From Octopus vulgaris (lineage: Eukaryota): a stretch of DNA of 64,000 nt. The position numbers and the translations under genes were made by a program. This document shows, piece after piece, positions 13,600 to 27,846 of the stretch; position 1 is the first letter of the stretch; each line of letters starts with the position of its first letter. The stretch covers positions 26,970,001 to 27,034,000 of the forward strand of contig OX597831.1 of the NCBI GenBank assembly GCA_951406725.2, in the 5' to 3' direction. Below the pieces are notes generated by a model, which was given only the letters and a program-made list of their open reading frames with translations, made no database searches and was not told the origin of the DNA.

Positions 13600-14040
13600 T
13601 AGCATTATATGTAATGAAACCAGTGGTACCTACCCTAGATATAGAGGTAAAGACTGGAATAGGATACAAAGAGTTTGTGACAAAGCAAACAGGGTGAACT
13701 GCATGATATGTAAGATTAACCCTGGCATTAAATGTAGAACTAGAAGTGTAGTCTACAGTATAAGATGCATAGAGAGTGCTTGTAGAGACAAGAACATGAT
13801 ATACGCAGGTGAGACATCTAGAAGTATTGCGGAGAGACTAAATGTACATTTGAGACAATACGACGGAAAAAAACAGTCCTTCATACTCTACCAACATGGA
13901 AGTACAATGGGTCAACTTGACATCTACATTTTATCCAAGCACCCGAAGGACCCAACACTCAGACTAATACAGGTGCACGTCTTCATAAATGAAACATCCC
14001 CACTACTAACGAGGAAATATAGGTAGAAGGTTGTCGTACC
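13600..14040 (+). pseudogene. Penelope-like retroelement GIY-YIG endonuclease relic
   Basis: ORF 13694-14026: CMICK..CRTRSVVYSIRC..C..MIYAGETSRSIAERLNVHL..SFILYQH, i.e. VVY...YAGET (GIY-YIG) with Cys/His motifs. Confidence 0.8.
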
Positions 14041-14290
14041 CCAATATCTACAGTTTATATATACACAGGTATATATAATGTATAGATAGATAGATAGATA
14101 TACATATATCTATGTACATAGAAATGTTGAACGTAAATACATCAACACTGGTTGTCAAGCGGTGACGGATGACATATTCAGACACAAACACACACAGAGG
14201 AATATGTGTGAGCGTGTATGTGCATGTCTGTATATATATTTGTTTGTACTCCACCTGCATTCGTCTTTTGTTCATTTTCGTAAACTTTCC

Positions 14291-14387
<97 letters not shown>

Positions 14388-14437
14388 AGATCGTTAGCCA
14401 CTACACACATTTTTTTCTCTCCTTGTTTTCTGTGTCC

Positions 14438-14473
14438 CTTTCTGTAGAAGAGCGTAGGCTCGAAACGTAAATG
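14438..14473 (+). ncRNA. Minimal hammerhead-like motif, family Y1
   Basis: CTTT-CTGTAGA-A-GAGC(GTAG)GCTC-GAAA-CG-TA-AATG, element lies between (TA)n runs. Confidence 0.55.
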
Positions 14474-14683
14474 ACTTTTTCTATTCTTGAGCGTTATACT
14501 AATACATCTGTTTGTTTTGTACACCACCTGTCTTCGTCTTTTGTTGTTTTTTTCGTAAACTCTCCTTATATATACATATATATATATATTTGGTATTTGG
14601 GCGATTTAAATAAGAGTTTTGGGTGTTATTTCCAGCAGGTAGACAAACTTAGTACCTTTGATTAATTTTAATATAATATAATA

Positions 14684-14848
14684 GGCGCAGGAGTGGCTGT
14701 GTGGTAAGTAGCTTGCTTACCGACCCCATAGTTCCGGGTTCATTCCCACTGCGTGGCACCTTGGGCAAGTGTCTTCTACTATAGTCTCGGGCCGACCAAA
14801 GCCTTGTGAGTGGATTTGGTAGACGGAAACTGAAAGAAGCCCGTCGTA

Positions 14849-14933
<85 letters not shown>

Positions 14934-15139
14934 ATATGTTTGTCTGTGCTTTTCCCCCCCCAACATCGCTTGACTACCGATGGTGGTGTGTTTACGTCCC
15001 CGTAACTTAGCGGTTCGGCAAAACAGACCGATAGAATAAGTGCTAGGCTTCCAAAGAATAAGTTCTGCGGTCTATTTGCTCGTCTAAAGTCGGTGCTCCA
15101 GCATGGCCGCAGTCACATGACTGAAACAAGTAAAAGAAT
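14684..15139 (+). mobile_element. SINE family A
   Basis: Full copy. Diverged copies follow at ~15420-15830 (+) and ~15845-16200 (-). Confidence 0.9.
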
Positions 15140-15148
15140 ATATATATG

Positions 15149-15188
<40 letters not shown>

Positions 15189-15527
15189 TAAAATGTATAC
15201 ATACATATATACACTCCTACATGCATGTACACACGTCTACACATATCTACACACGTCTATGTATAAACAGAAATACCCGAGTATTCCTATGTACACCGAT
15301 CTAACTGGTCAGCTGGGCACCGTCTGTGAGAAAAACCGGCACCATGACGCAATTCACTCTTCAGAAATTTGGAAACGGCATTCGCATCGGAAACTCTAAT
15401 ACGATCTCTTCACACACACCACTGCGTGGCACCTTGGGCAAGTTTGTTGTACTATAGCCTCGGGCCGACAAAAACGTTGTGAGTGGATTCGAGAGACGGA
15501 AACTGAAAGGAATCCGCCGTGTATACA

Positions 15528-15588
<61 letters not shown>

Positions 15589-16299
15589 ACATATATATAT
15601 ATATGAGTGCATGTGTCTTTAAGTCTTTGTTCATCCCCCACCACTGCTTGACAGCTGGTGTTGGTTTGTTTACTTTCCCGTAACTTAGCGGTTCGGCAAA
15701 AAGGGAACTATAGAATAAGTGCCCGGCTTGAAAAAAGTACTGGGATTGATTCATTCGACTGAAAAGTTCTTCAGATGATGCCCCAACATGGCCGCAGTCT
15801 AATGACTAAAACGTGTAAGAGATAAAAATATATACTTTTTTTTTTTACTTCTTTCAGTTATTGGAGACTGCGACCAGACAGGGCACCCCCTTGAAGAAGT
15901 TTTGATTTTTTAATCGAACAACTCAACCCCTTTTAAAGTCTAGTACATATTCTATCGTCTCTTCCGCCGAACCGCTAAGTTAGCGAGACAGACAACCCAA
16001 CATTGGTAATCAATCAGTGGTGAGGACAAACAGAAACGAAGACACGCGTACAAACACACACACACACATACACATACATATATAATGGACTTTCACGCAG
16101 TTTCCGTCTACTAAATTGGTCAACCCGGAACCATAGTAGAAGACACGTGCCCAAGTTGCAGCGCAGTGTGGCTGAACCCGGAACCTTGTGATTGGCAAGC
16201 GAGCGTCTTTGTCACACACACCCAAATATTCATATACGCACCTCTACCTATCCACAAATATTTCCATACACCTACACACATCTATAGACTTGTATATAC

Positions 16300-16375
<76 letters not shown>

Positions 16376-16517
16376 AGATATCCTTACCGCGCCCTCGTCT
16401 ATACCAAACGCCTACCTATTTCACTCTTTTTTACACTTGTTTCATTCACTGGACTGCGACCAAGCTGGAGCACCGGCTTATAGGGTTTTTTAATCAAACA
16501 AATTGATACACTTTTGC

Positions 16518-16917
16518 TCTCTCTTTACTCTTTTACTTGTTTCAGTCATTTGACTGCGGCCATGCTGGAGCACCGCCTTTAGTCGAGCAAATCGACCCCG
16601 GGACTTATTCTTTGTAAGCCTAGTACTTATTCTATCGGTCTCTTTTGCCGAACTGCTAAGTGACGGGGACGTAAACACACCAGCATCGGTTGTCAAGCAA
16701 TGCTAGGGGGACAAACACACACACGTACACATATATACATATATATATACATATATACGACAGGCTTCTTTCAGTTTCCGTCTATCAAATCCACTCACAA
16801 GGCATTGGTCGGCCCGGGGCTATAGCAGAAGGCACTTGCCCAAGATGCCACGCAGTGGGACTGAACCCGGAACCATGTGGTTGGTAATCAAGCTACTTAC
16901 CACACAGCCTCTCCTAC
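16518..16917 (-). mobile_element. SINE family A
   Basis: Reverse-complement full copy. Confidence 0.9.
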
Positions 16918-17170
16918 GACAAAAACTTTTCCATGACTGTGCCCCGGCATGGCCGCAGTCGAATGACTGAAGCAAATATAAGATAAAAGATGTGTGTGTG
17001 TGTGTGTGTTTACGACGGACTTCTTTAAGTTTTCGTCTACCAAATCTATTCATAAGGCTTTTGCTGGCCTGAAGCTACAGTAGAAAACACACTCAAGGTG
17101 CCATGCAGTGGGCCTGAACCCGGAACCATCTTGTTGGCAGGCAACACACATACACGCATATATATGTATA

Positions 17171-17215
<45 letters not shown>

Positions 17216-17525
17216 CATTCGTAAAATTATATAGGGTGGCGAATATTTTTAGAAATTTCGCCACCAGTGGCCTAGCATTTATAAAAAGTCAATAGACAAC
17301 ATATTCTCAACATAAAATAGTGTACATTTAAACACAAGGGAAAACTACCTTTAACAGGTAATTTTTAATAAAAAGATAACAAGGTAAAAGTTTTTATTTT
17401 TCATTCCCTTCGAAAATTGCTCTTAAATGTGGTTTTGGTCATTTTGACTGCTTCTTCTAGCGTGTAAAAATTACCTGTTAAAGGTAGTTTTCTCTTGTGT
17501 TTAAATGTACATTATTTTATATTAA

Positions 17526-17584
<59 letters not shown>

Positions 17585-17669
17585 ATCCAAACAAGAAGGC
17601 ACAAAAAGCACAACAACGCGAGGACGTGGAACAAATATAGTATTATTGGACGCTCAGGAAAGAAGGAGG

Positions 17670-17704
17670 GTTTAACGTTTCGAGCGGAGCTCTTCGTCGG
17701 AAAC
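17670..17704 (-). ncRNA. Minimal hammerhead-like motif, family Y2
   Basis: Reverse complement GTTT-CCGACGA-A-GAGC(TCC)GCTC-GAAA-CG-TT-AAAC. Element 17581-17762 lies between (TA)n runs. Confidence 0.65.
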
Positions 17705-17761
17705 ATAGGAGAAGGGGAGACAGAGGGAAAAAAATCGCCAACGGTACACACGCGGTCACAG

Positions 17762-17830
<69 letters not shown>

Positions 17831-18244
17831 TAATAATCGGCAGAAGTAACTCAATGGTCAAGTATTTCGTGCATTAGCACTTATCGAATTGCGCGCGTGT
17901 GTGTGTGTGTGCGCGTGCGTGCGAGTATGTGTGTAAGTGCGTATGTGTACACACACGTAAGTATGTAATTGTTTCAAAAGTCAGATGTGAAATGTGCGCG
18001 TCCTGAAACCGTGTGTGTGTGTGTGTGTGTGTGGTTCGAACGCAAACAACACATCCATTCTTCTACACACCTATCTATACATACCTACACACGTCTATAC
18101 ATGCCTATACACATATCACTTATCTAGATATTCTTATTTACTACACACCTACGTCTCTCTACACGCGCAGAAAGAGGTGTGGTGATCGAAGCTGGAAAAA
18201 CTGATGAGGTGATTAGTTCATAGGATCGGAGATAAACTTCATGC

Positions 18245-19010
<766 letters not shown>

Positions 19011-19415
19011 AGCCAACGTTAACATCCGTTCTGGGACGGTATTGCAACACTGGTGGACCGAGGGATTCTATTGTTGCCCAATACAATAATAAAGAATTCA
19101 TCAGGAAATACAACAAAAAGATTGGTGAAAACTGGAACTTAGTCATGGTTTTTAATAAAGCACCCACATCCTCCTCCGCCTCCTCCTCCTCCTCCTCACC
19201 TGTCTCATCATCATCATCCTCTACTGCATCATCGCCATTTTTTCTTCTTCCTCCGTCTCAGCAGAGTGTGGAGTCGATATTGTAACTAATAAGACGCCGT
19301 TGCATTCACCATTGACCAATCGGCTTTAGCCATTTGCTGCTCATCCGTTTCACATATTGATAGCGTCACTAAATATAATGATATTCTATACGGCGTCGGG
19401 CTGTGTATATATATA

Positions 19416-19765
19416 CTCTTTTACTCTCTTTACTCTTTTACTTGTTTCAGTCATTTGACTGCGGCCATGCTGGAGCACCACCTTTTAATCGAGCAACTCG
19501 ACACCGGGACTTATTCTTTTGTAAGCCCAGTACTTATTCTATCGGTCTCTTTTGCCGAACCGCTAAGTAACGGGGACATAAACACACCAGCATCGGTTGT
19601 CAAGCAATGCTAGGGGGACAAACACAGACACACAAACACACACACGCATATATATATACATATATACGACGGGCTTCTTTCAGTTTCCGTCCACCAAATC
19701 CACTCACAAGGCTTTGGTCGGCCCGAGGCTATAGTAGAAGACACTTGCCCAAGATGCCACGCAGT
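19416..19765 (-). mobile_element. SINE family A, 5'-truncated
   Basis: Reverse-complement copy. Confidence 0.85.
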
Positions 19766-19922
19766 ATGTATGTATGTATGTATGTATGTATGTATGTATG
19801 TATGTATGTATGTATGTATGTATGTATGTGTGTGTGTGTGTGTATGTATGCATGTATGTATGTATGTATGTATGTATGTATACTTACATACATACGTGCA
19901 TACATATACTTACTTATGTGCA

Positions 19923-20254
19923 GGCGCATGGCTCGGTGGTTAGAGCGTCGAGCTTACGATCGTGAGGTTGTGTGCTCGAATCCCGGACCGGGCTGCGTAT
20001 TGTGTTCTTAAGCAAGACACTTTATTTCACGTTGCTCCAGTTCACTCAGCTGTAGAAATGAGTTGCGACCTCACGAGTGCCAAGCTGTATCGGCCTTTGC
20101 CTTTCCCTTGGATAACACTGGTGGCGTGGAGAGGGGAAGCCGGTATGCATGGGCGACTGCTGGTCTTCCATAAACAACCTTGCCCAGACTTGTGCCTGGG
20201 AGGGTAACTTTCTAGGTGCAATCCCATGGTCCGTGTCGTGACCGAAGGGGGTCT
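19923..20254 (+). mobile_element. SINE family B
   Basis: Full copy. Other copies at 10611-10922, 20440-20690, 22465-22712 and 41035-41190, all minus. Confidence 0.88.
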
Positions 20255-21384
20255 CAGAATACTTACATACACACATACGTGGTGGGTGTGGGGTAAAGTT
20301 CCTGGCTTTGCGTAAAAGAAAATACAGGAAAATCAGTTGACAAGTAGAAAAATATCCTAGTGTCTTAACAATTTTTGAAGTCGATCACATGGAGAAAGGT
20401 GTTTGCCTCCATTTTATATATATTAAAGTAAAATTAAGAAACCCCTTCGGTCATGAATTACCGAGGGATTAAACCTAGAAAATTAAACTCCGAAGCACAA
20501 ATACGAGCAAGATTGTTTATGGAAGACTAGCAGTCACCCATGCATACCAGACTCCCCTCTGCACTCCAGCGATGTTATCTAAGAGAATGACAAATGTCGA
20601 TACAGCTTCGCACCAGTGAAGTCGCAATTCTTTTCTACAACTGAGTGAACTGGAACAACGTGAAATAAAGGGTCTTGCTCAAGAACACTCATATCTATTC
20701 CTCATCACTTATCGGCCCAAAATAAATTCGAGCCATATTGTATGTATGTGTATGTATGTATGTGTATGTATGTATGTGTATGTATGTATGTGTATGTATG
20801 TATGTGTATGTATGTATGTGTATGTATGTATGTGTATGTATGTATGTGTATGTATGTGTATGTATGTATGTGTATGTATGTATGTGTATGTATGTATGTG
20901 TATGTATGTATGTATGTATGTATGTATACTCATTCTGTCTGGGAGAACATGATTATGGAGATTGACACCCATCCACTCTTAGGTTGTCATAGCTTTACGC
21001 AACGGCGCAGAGATTTGTTGGAAGACATACAGTCTTCCGTTGCGTACTGTATATATCACACACACACACACATTAGCAGACACTTACGCACACACATAAA
21101 CTCTCGTATATGGATCAACGCACATACGCGCGCAGACGTACGCACGCACACACACACACAGATGTATTCGTATACAGCTACATACACGCACACATGCAGA
21201 CACGGACAAACATACGCATTCACATACGAACACACACACACACACACACACACACAGGCACACATACACAGGTACAGACACACGTATGCATGAACATATT
21301 CCTACAGGCACACATACGAACGCACATGCACACACACACACACACACACACATGCACCCCCCCACGCCCAGCCCCACCCTACCC

Positions 21385-21770
21385 ACACATCTTTCCTCAT
21401 GCACATCTCTTCTGAGAGTGCATCCTAAAACCTTGAGGTACTTTGCAATGACTCTGATTGACATATCTGGGTTTTTATCGATCATTAACTGGACTTTTCC
21501 TAGGACCCTGTAAATTGCGTTTTGCGTTTAGCTTCTGATGCTGGATCTCCGTCAGCAGTCTCCAGCCCCTTACGAAATTTGACATCGAGGGGTCAGGAAA
21601 CCTCCAGGAAGCAAGCCATCTCTGTATCATGATGTTGTACTTTTAAGGCAACGATTGTTGCATGCTTTATTTAATTTGCTGAGTCTAACAATATTTCCCT
21701 GAAATGTAAGGTAAAAAAATTAGAGTTAGAAGAAAGTTAGAGCTTTTGAAGGAGGTGTCCTCAAAAACCA
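21385..21770 (-). pseudogene. maT/DD37D-like Tc1-mariner transposase N-terminal relic
   Basis: Peptides HATIVALKVQHHDTEMACFLEV and [29 protein letters not shown]. Confidence 0.6.
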
Positions 21771-21886
21771 GACATATATAAATGTATATATATATATACA
21801 TATATATGCATATATGTATATATATATAGGTAAATAGATACTTCAAACAGGGACAGTCAGTAGCGACACCTGCTGGGTCTGACTAC

Positions 21887-21929
21887 GCTGCATTGATAAA
21901 GGGCAAATACCCTGAAACATGTCTGCAGC
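21887..21929 (+). ncRNA. Hammerhead-like motif with mutated core
   Basis: GCTGCA-TTGATAA-AGGG(CAAATA)CCCT-GAAA-CATG-TC-TGCAGC. All three stems pair perfectly; the core differs from CTGATGA at two positions. Confidence 0.6.
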
Positions 21930-22149
21930 TGTCTGACTGGCAGGATGAAGTGGCTGACCTCCCCTGTTCGAAGGTTTATAATGGACGCAGATTGTGTGTC
22001 AAATAGCTAGCTTGAGGCGGTGGCCTCATGGAGCTAATCAGCGACAGCTTTAGTCGTATATTTATAAGACTGCCATATAAGTATGGCGATAACTATTAAT
22101 TTCCAGTAACGCTGCCGTAATCTCCTTTAGAGAGACTTAGTAATTTTAA

Positions 22150-22197
<48 letters not shown>

Positions 22198-22213
22198 CAT
22201 ATATATATGCATG

Positions 22214-22268
<55 letters not shown>

Positions 22269-22901
22269 GCAGATGTCGAACGATGAAAATGGGTGCTCAA
22301 CACCGCATTGATGGATATAATTTCTTTATTTGTGAATTAAGGCTGCCATTGGTTTCATGTTAAGACAAGTAGAAAAATATCCTAGTGTCTTAACAATTTT
22401 TCAAGTCGATCATATGGAGAAAGGTGTTTGCCTTCATTTCATATATATTAAAGTAAAGTTAAGAAACCCCTTCGGTCATGAATTACCGAGGGGTTAAACC
22501 TAGAAAATTAAACTCCGAAGCACAAATACGAGCAAGATTGTTTATGGAAGACTAGCAGTCACCCATGCATGCCAGACTCCCCTCTGCACTCCAACGATGT
22601 TATCTAAGAGAATGACAAATGTCGATACAGCTTGGCACCAGTGAAGTCGCAATACATTTCTACAGCTGAGTGAACTGGAACAACGTGAAATAAAGTGTCT
22701 TGCTCAAGAACACTCATATCTATTCCTCATCACTTATCGGCCCAAAATAAATTCGAGCCATATTGTATGTATGTGTATGTATGTATGTGTATGTATGTGT
22801 ATGTATGTATGTGTGTGTATGTATGTGTATGTATGTATGTGTATGTATGTATGTATGTGTATGTATGTATGTGTATGTATGTATATATTCTCAAACAAAA
22901 C

Positions 22902-22937
22902 TGTCCGGCGAGCGGGAACGTGAAACTCTGAGTAACA
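22902..22937 (+). ncRNA. Hammerhead-like motif
   Basis: TGT-CCGGCGA-GCG(GGAA)CGT-GAAA-CTC(T)GAG-TA-ACA. Confidence 0.5.
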
Positions 22938-22974
22938 ACTTTTCGTGATGTCGTTGCAGCTTTATTAATAAAGC

Positions 22975-23005
<31 letters not shown>

Positions 23006-23554
23006 TTAGCAGACACTTACGCACACACATAAACTCTCGTATATGGATCAACGCACATACGCGCGCAGACGTACGCACGCACACACACAGATGTATTCGT
23101 ATACAGCTACATACACGCACACATGCAGACACGGACAAACATACGCATTCACATACGAACACACACACACACACACACACACAGGCACACATACACAGGT
23201 ACAGACACACGTATGCATGAACATATTCCTACAGGCACACATACGAACGCACATGCACACACACACACACACACATGCACCCCCCACGCCCAGCCCCACC
23301 CTACCCACACATCTTTCTCTATCTCTTTGATGGCTTGTTCAGAATTAATTCCATATTCTGAACTGTTGCCAACCAAAGTCTACAGCAGGTGGTTATAGTT
23401 TACTTTCGTATCTGCCTCCACTGATAAGAGAACCACTGAGCTCCATTACTCTCGTAAAGATTGTCAGATCAGAATGAGTTTCCTCGTCTGATCGATATCG
23501 AATCGAGTGTATTTTAAACGCTTCTTACCGTAGAAAGGTAAGGGGTGTGGAAGG

Positions 23555-23930
23555 GAAAGAAAGAGAGAGGGGAAAGGAGGAAGGAAGGAAGGGGAGAAAG
23601 AAAGAAAGGATGGAAGGAAGAAAGAAAGAAAAAAGGAAGAAAGAAGGAAGTGAGAAATGAAAGAAGGAAGGAAGGAAATGAAGAAGGAAGGGAGAAAGAA
23701 AGAAAGAAAGAAAGAAAAAAGGAAGAAAGAAGGAAGTGAGAAATGAAAGAAGGAAGAAAGGTAATAAAGAAGGAAGGGAGAAAGAAAGAAAGAAAAACAG
23801 AAAGAAAGGGAGGAAAAAAGAAAGATAAAATGGGAGAAAAAATGAAGAAAGGGAGAAAGGAAACAAGGAAGGGAGGAAGGAATGAAAGAAAGAAAGAGAG
23901 GGAGGGAGGAAGACAAAAAGAGAAAAATAT
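23555..23930. repeat. Polypurine (GAAG/GAAA)n tract
   Basis: About 370 bp almost purely A/G, with an internal ~80-bp duplication. Confidence 0.85.
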
Positions 23931-24650
23931 TTAGAAAAGGTGTTTTGCGGAGGAAAGCAAAGCGAAAGTAGCGCAATTTTATCTGCATTATGCTGTTGCC
24001 TATCCGCTCTGATATCCTTCTTATTCCCTCAAACTTGCTCCTGCTGCACACTTCACTGCAAATGATAGGAATAGCACAGCAGATGCACAGAGACTAGAAA
24101 CTTGAACGCTTATCGTCTCATTTTATCATTTTAATTGAAGGAAAACGTTTTAAATATAATGTTAATACGGAGGATTAAGAAGATTATCCACTGCCCTATT
24201 TTTCTTCCTCATTCTACTTTATCCTATTGCATTTAGTTGTTGATAATCTCACTCTCTTTAATCTATACATACACACACCTAGGCACACATGCAAGCACTT
24301 ACTTTGGTACATAACTTGATAGGTCCGCTGCCGACTTCAGGTCAGTCAACGGTCAGTGTTTCAAATAACGTGAGCGTCTTAGCCCGAACTGTTTCCTTTT
24401 ATATTTCCTCATTCTGTTTTTCTTCTCTTTCTACTCCTTACCAGTATTTTGAAGAAGGAATCATTCCCGAAAAGGCATAAACCACTCTTTTGATTCCGCC
24501 AAGCGTCGACCTAATACTTTAACTCATAGCAATATTCTGTCTTTTTTTTTATTTTTCGTTCACCCTGCAAACACAAACACATACAAGTCACATGCGCATA
24601 TGTACGTGGATATATGTATATCTATGTGTGTATCTGTGCGTGCGTGTGTG

Positions 24651-24696
<46 letters not shown>

Positions 24697-24699
<3 letters not shown>

Positions 24700-24869
24700 G
24701 TACATGAAGCCGAGTTACAACTACACCCGGCTATTACTAGTAAATGTCTTAGTTGCCAATTTTGTACAAGACATTGTAGATCTTTAGCTGGGGTAAAAAG
24801 TCACATTCGATCTCAGCACCAGTAACAGTTAAGCTTCGTGCAATGGCCATACTCGATAACGAGGGGGCA

Positions 24870-24875
<6 letters not shown>
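24697..24875 (+). mobile_element. RTE-clade LINE 3' end
   Basis: C-terminal C2H2 peptide [22 protein letters not shown], a short UTR with CTCG-ATAA-CGAG hairpin, and an (AT)n tail. Confidence 0.65.
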
Positions 24876-24949
<74 letters not shown>

Positions 24950-24990
24950 TATATGTGTGTGTATGTGTATACATATATATATACATATGT

Positions 24991-25037
<47 letters not shown>

Positions 25038-25042
25038 TAAAT

Positions 25043-25074
<32 letters not shown>

Positions 25075-25094
25075 GTGAGTGTGTGAGAGAGAGA

Positions 25095-25660
25095 GAGATC
25101 CATTAGCTTGGCACAGTATGATATATTTGATGATGCAGTTTTCCCTTTCAGTGTATCAGGCCATCACATGTTTTAGGAGGCGGTCTAACACAGGATGCTG
25201 GCCACCAATACATTGAGGTGCAAGATATCCACGCTTTACCAATTAGTTTTGCAGTTGAATGACCACTCCAGTATGCTCTCCTGTATTTACACTACATGCG
25301 TCTGTGATGATCCTTTTGATTGTTGACCACAGTTCGTAACCATCCAAAACTTCATTTAGTCCTTGAAAAATGGTATTTGTTCTGCTATTCTTCAGAGTGG
25401 GTGCTAGTGCTGCTAATCTAATTTATCTTGTGTGTTTTTTTTTTCACAACAAAAACTTGTCTTTCTTTACCCTTCATAACCTTTCCATCAAAATGGAGCA
25501 CCCATTGGTCAATTTTTAAAGTTTCTTTTAGTTCCTGTTTCATCTTTGTGGCCTTTCTCATAGCAGCTTTGGACACTCCTGAGTGAAGAGAAGTACTCCT
25601 TCCTCTCTCAGCTGTTTGTAAACGTTGGCTGCTTTATGTGTGCTTAAATTCTGTTGGAGT
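25095..25660 (-). pseudogene. hAT-like DDE transposase relic
   Basis: Minus-strand peptides DQWVLHFDGK, ELWSTIKRIITDACSVNTGEHTGVV and CIGGQHPVLDRLL, with stops. Confidence 0.55.
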
Positions 25661-25989
25661 GGCTGTGTGGTGAGTATATGTGGATCAAAATAGTTCGATT
25701 CCGCCTTGAGTTTCAAGCGCGATGCTAGTCGTCAGCTAATTTGAATTCGAATTTAATTTGAATTGAATCAAATTCAAAATGGCTGACGACTAGCATCACG
25801 CTTCAAACACGAGAGTACCAGTGAATTTCACTCAAACTTTTTGGATCCATGCATGTAACTCCCAATAAGTTTGTTGAGTGCCTTTCCTTCGTTTGTCCAC
25901 TCACTCGTATATATATATAGTTAGATAGATAGATAGATAAAAATATATATAAAAATATATATATAGACGTACACATGTATACACACACG

Positions 25990-26855
25990 CGCGCATGACA
26001 AAAGTAAATAGACAAACTTATAATCATTAAAATTTATTTTAATGATAAGGAGCCCCATGAGATAAGGAGCCTCATCTTCTATAAATAATCTTCTTTAATC
26101 ATTTCACCCCTAGAGAAGATTGGAAGGAGTCCTTTCTGAAAAACGAACACACATTTATCTGAGTTTATGTTTCCATCACACTCCACCAGCTCTGACTGAT
26201 CGTTGCTCCAAATTGCTCCCAAGACCATCACAGAATAGCTGCCATGTTTCATTGTTGGCAACAATCTTTTCATGTCAAATTCTTGATCACAGAATCTCCA
26301 GAGCCGCACTCGACCACTGTCAGAAAATGCAGCAAATCTGGATTCATCAGAGAATATGACAGTTTCCCAACCCATATCATGTGGCCCAAACTTTTCTCCA
26401 CATGAAATGGGGTTGGTTGAAGAAGTGGCTTCCTTCTTGCTATTCTGCCATTGTAGCCAAGTTTGTGGAAATACCCGATAGCTGCCCTGGCACTAACATC
26501 GACTTGTTCTGCTTTGCCAGAGGCTTTGCAATGAGGATTATCCTCTACACTTAACAAAGTAAAAGGGTCCTGTCAGAGGGCCCCTGGTCGACCTGGGCAA
26601 GGTGATGTGGACGCCTTCTCCTTTCTGGTGAATTGCACACTCACCCTATAAACTGTAGAAAGCGGGATCCCAAGGCCTTCTGCGATTTTACGCTAAGTCC
26701 ACCATAAGATTGACCCACAATACGGCCTCTTTGAAATTTGGACAGTTGCAAGGCTTCTTGTGTACTTGGCTTGATTAAACAGTCATATATAGAATCCGAA
26801 AAAAAATGTCCATTAATATGTTTTATGGGGTGTCTATTTACTTCTGTCATGTCTG
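25990..26855 (-). mobile_element. Tc1-type transposon, internally deleted
   Basis: TIRs CATGACA(A/G)AAGTAAATAGACA at 25994-26014 and 26831-26851. Peptides LSKFQRGRIVG, ARRKPLL, WETVIFSDESRF and TMKHGSYSVMV. Confidence 0.85.
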
Positions 26856-27132
26856 TATATATGTATATATATGTGTGTGTGTATGCATGCATAAATATAT
26901 ACATCTATATACATGCATACAATACATACATTCATACATAAATATATATATATATGCATACTTCCATAAATAAAATCATTTTCAGTGGGTGTATGTGTAT
27001 AGTGTGGGCATATGAACGTTTGTATTTATGTCGGTATCACACACAGACACACACACTACACCACACACAAACCCACACACATACACACACACACAAACAC
27101 ACACAATACACCACACACACACGCATATATAT

Positions 27133-27173
<41 letters not shown>

Positions 27174-27179
27174 CAATAT

Positions 27180-27232
<53 letters not shown>

Positions 27233-27613
27233 CATACATTTTTCAACACATTTATTTATATATGTGTACGTACATTTGTGTGTATGTGTGTGTACACGTG
27301 TGCATGAGAGTGAGTGACCATGTGCGTGTGTGTGTGTGCTCGCGCGCACGTGTGTGCGTATGTGCTTGTTCACCTCAGTCTAGATAGGCAAGGAAGTTAT
27401 AAGATCGAATTTCTAGAAGCAATATTCTCAGAGCGACCTTTCAGACTCTGGTGATATCCGTTTCCGGGTACGCTACAGGCAATCAGCCCACCCATCCACC
27501 CGGATGTATCCACCCATATTCTCTATCCTCTCCAATTACACTTATGCCATGTTTTAAGGCCAAGAATTTTGTAATCGCCAACACCTCGGCATCATGTTTA
27601 TGTAATTGTTACA

Positions 27614-27672
<59 letters not shown>

Positions 27673-27748
27673 GCGCACTAACGCAACCTGCACATGAATT
27701 CATACTTATGTACAAATACATACATACATACATACATACATACATACA

Positions 27749-27784
<36 letters not shown>

Positions 27785-27792
27785 TATACATG

Positions 27793-27846
<54 letters not shown>

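Larger units (their letters stand above)
20339..23317 (+). repeat. Local ~1-kb segmental duplication
   Basis: 20339-21394 matches 22364-23317, except for the microsatellite-flanked middle segment. Confidence 0.9.

Noticed and set aside
23440-23545. Strong splice donor AAG|GTAAGG
   Set aside because: No convincing acceptor or open frame upstream.
24445-24490. TTGAAGAAGG..CCCGAAA hammerhead-like words (also ~39615, ~42835, ~28885)
   Set aside because: Stems I and III cannot be formed, so they are too degraded to call.
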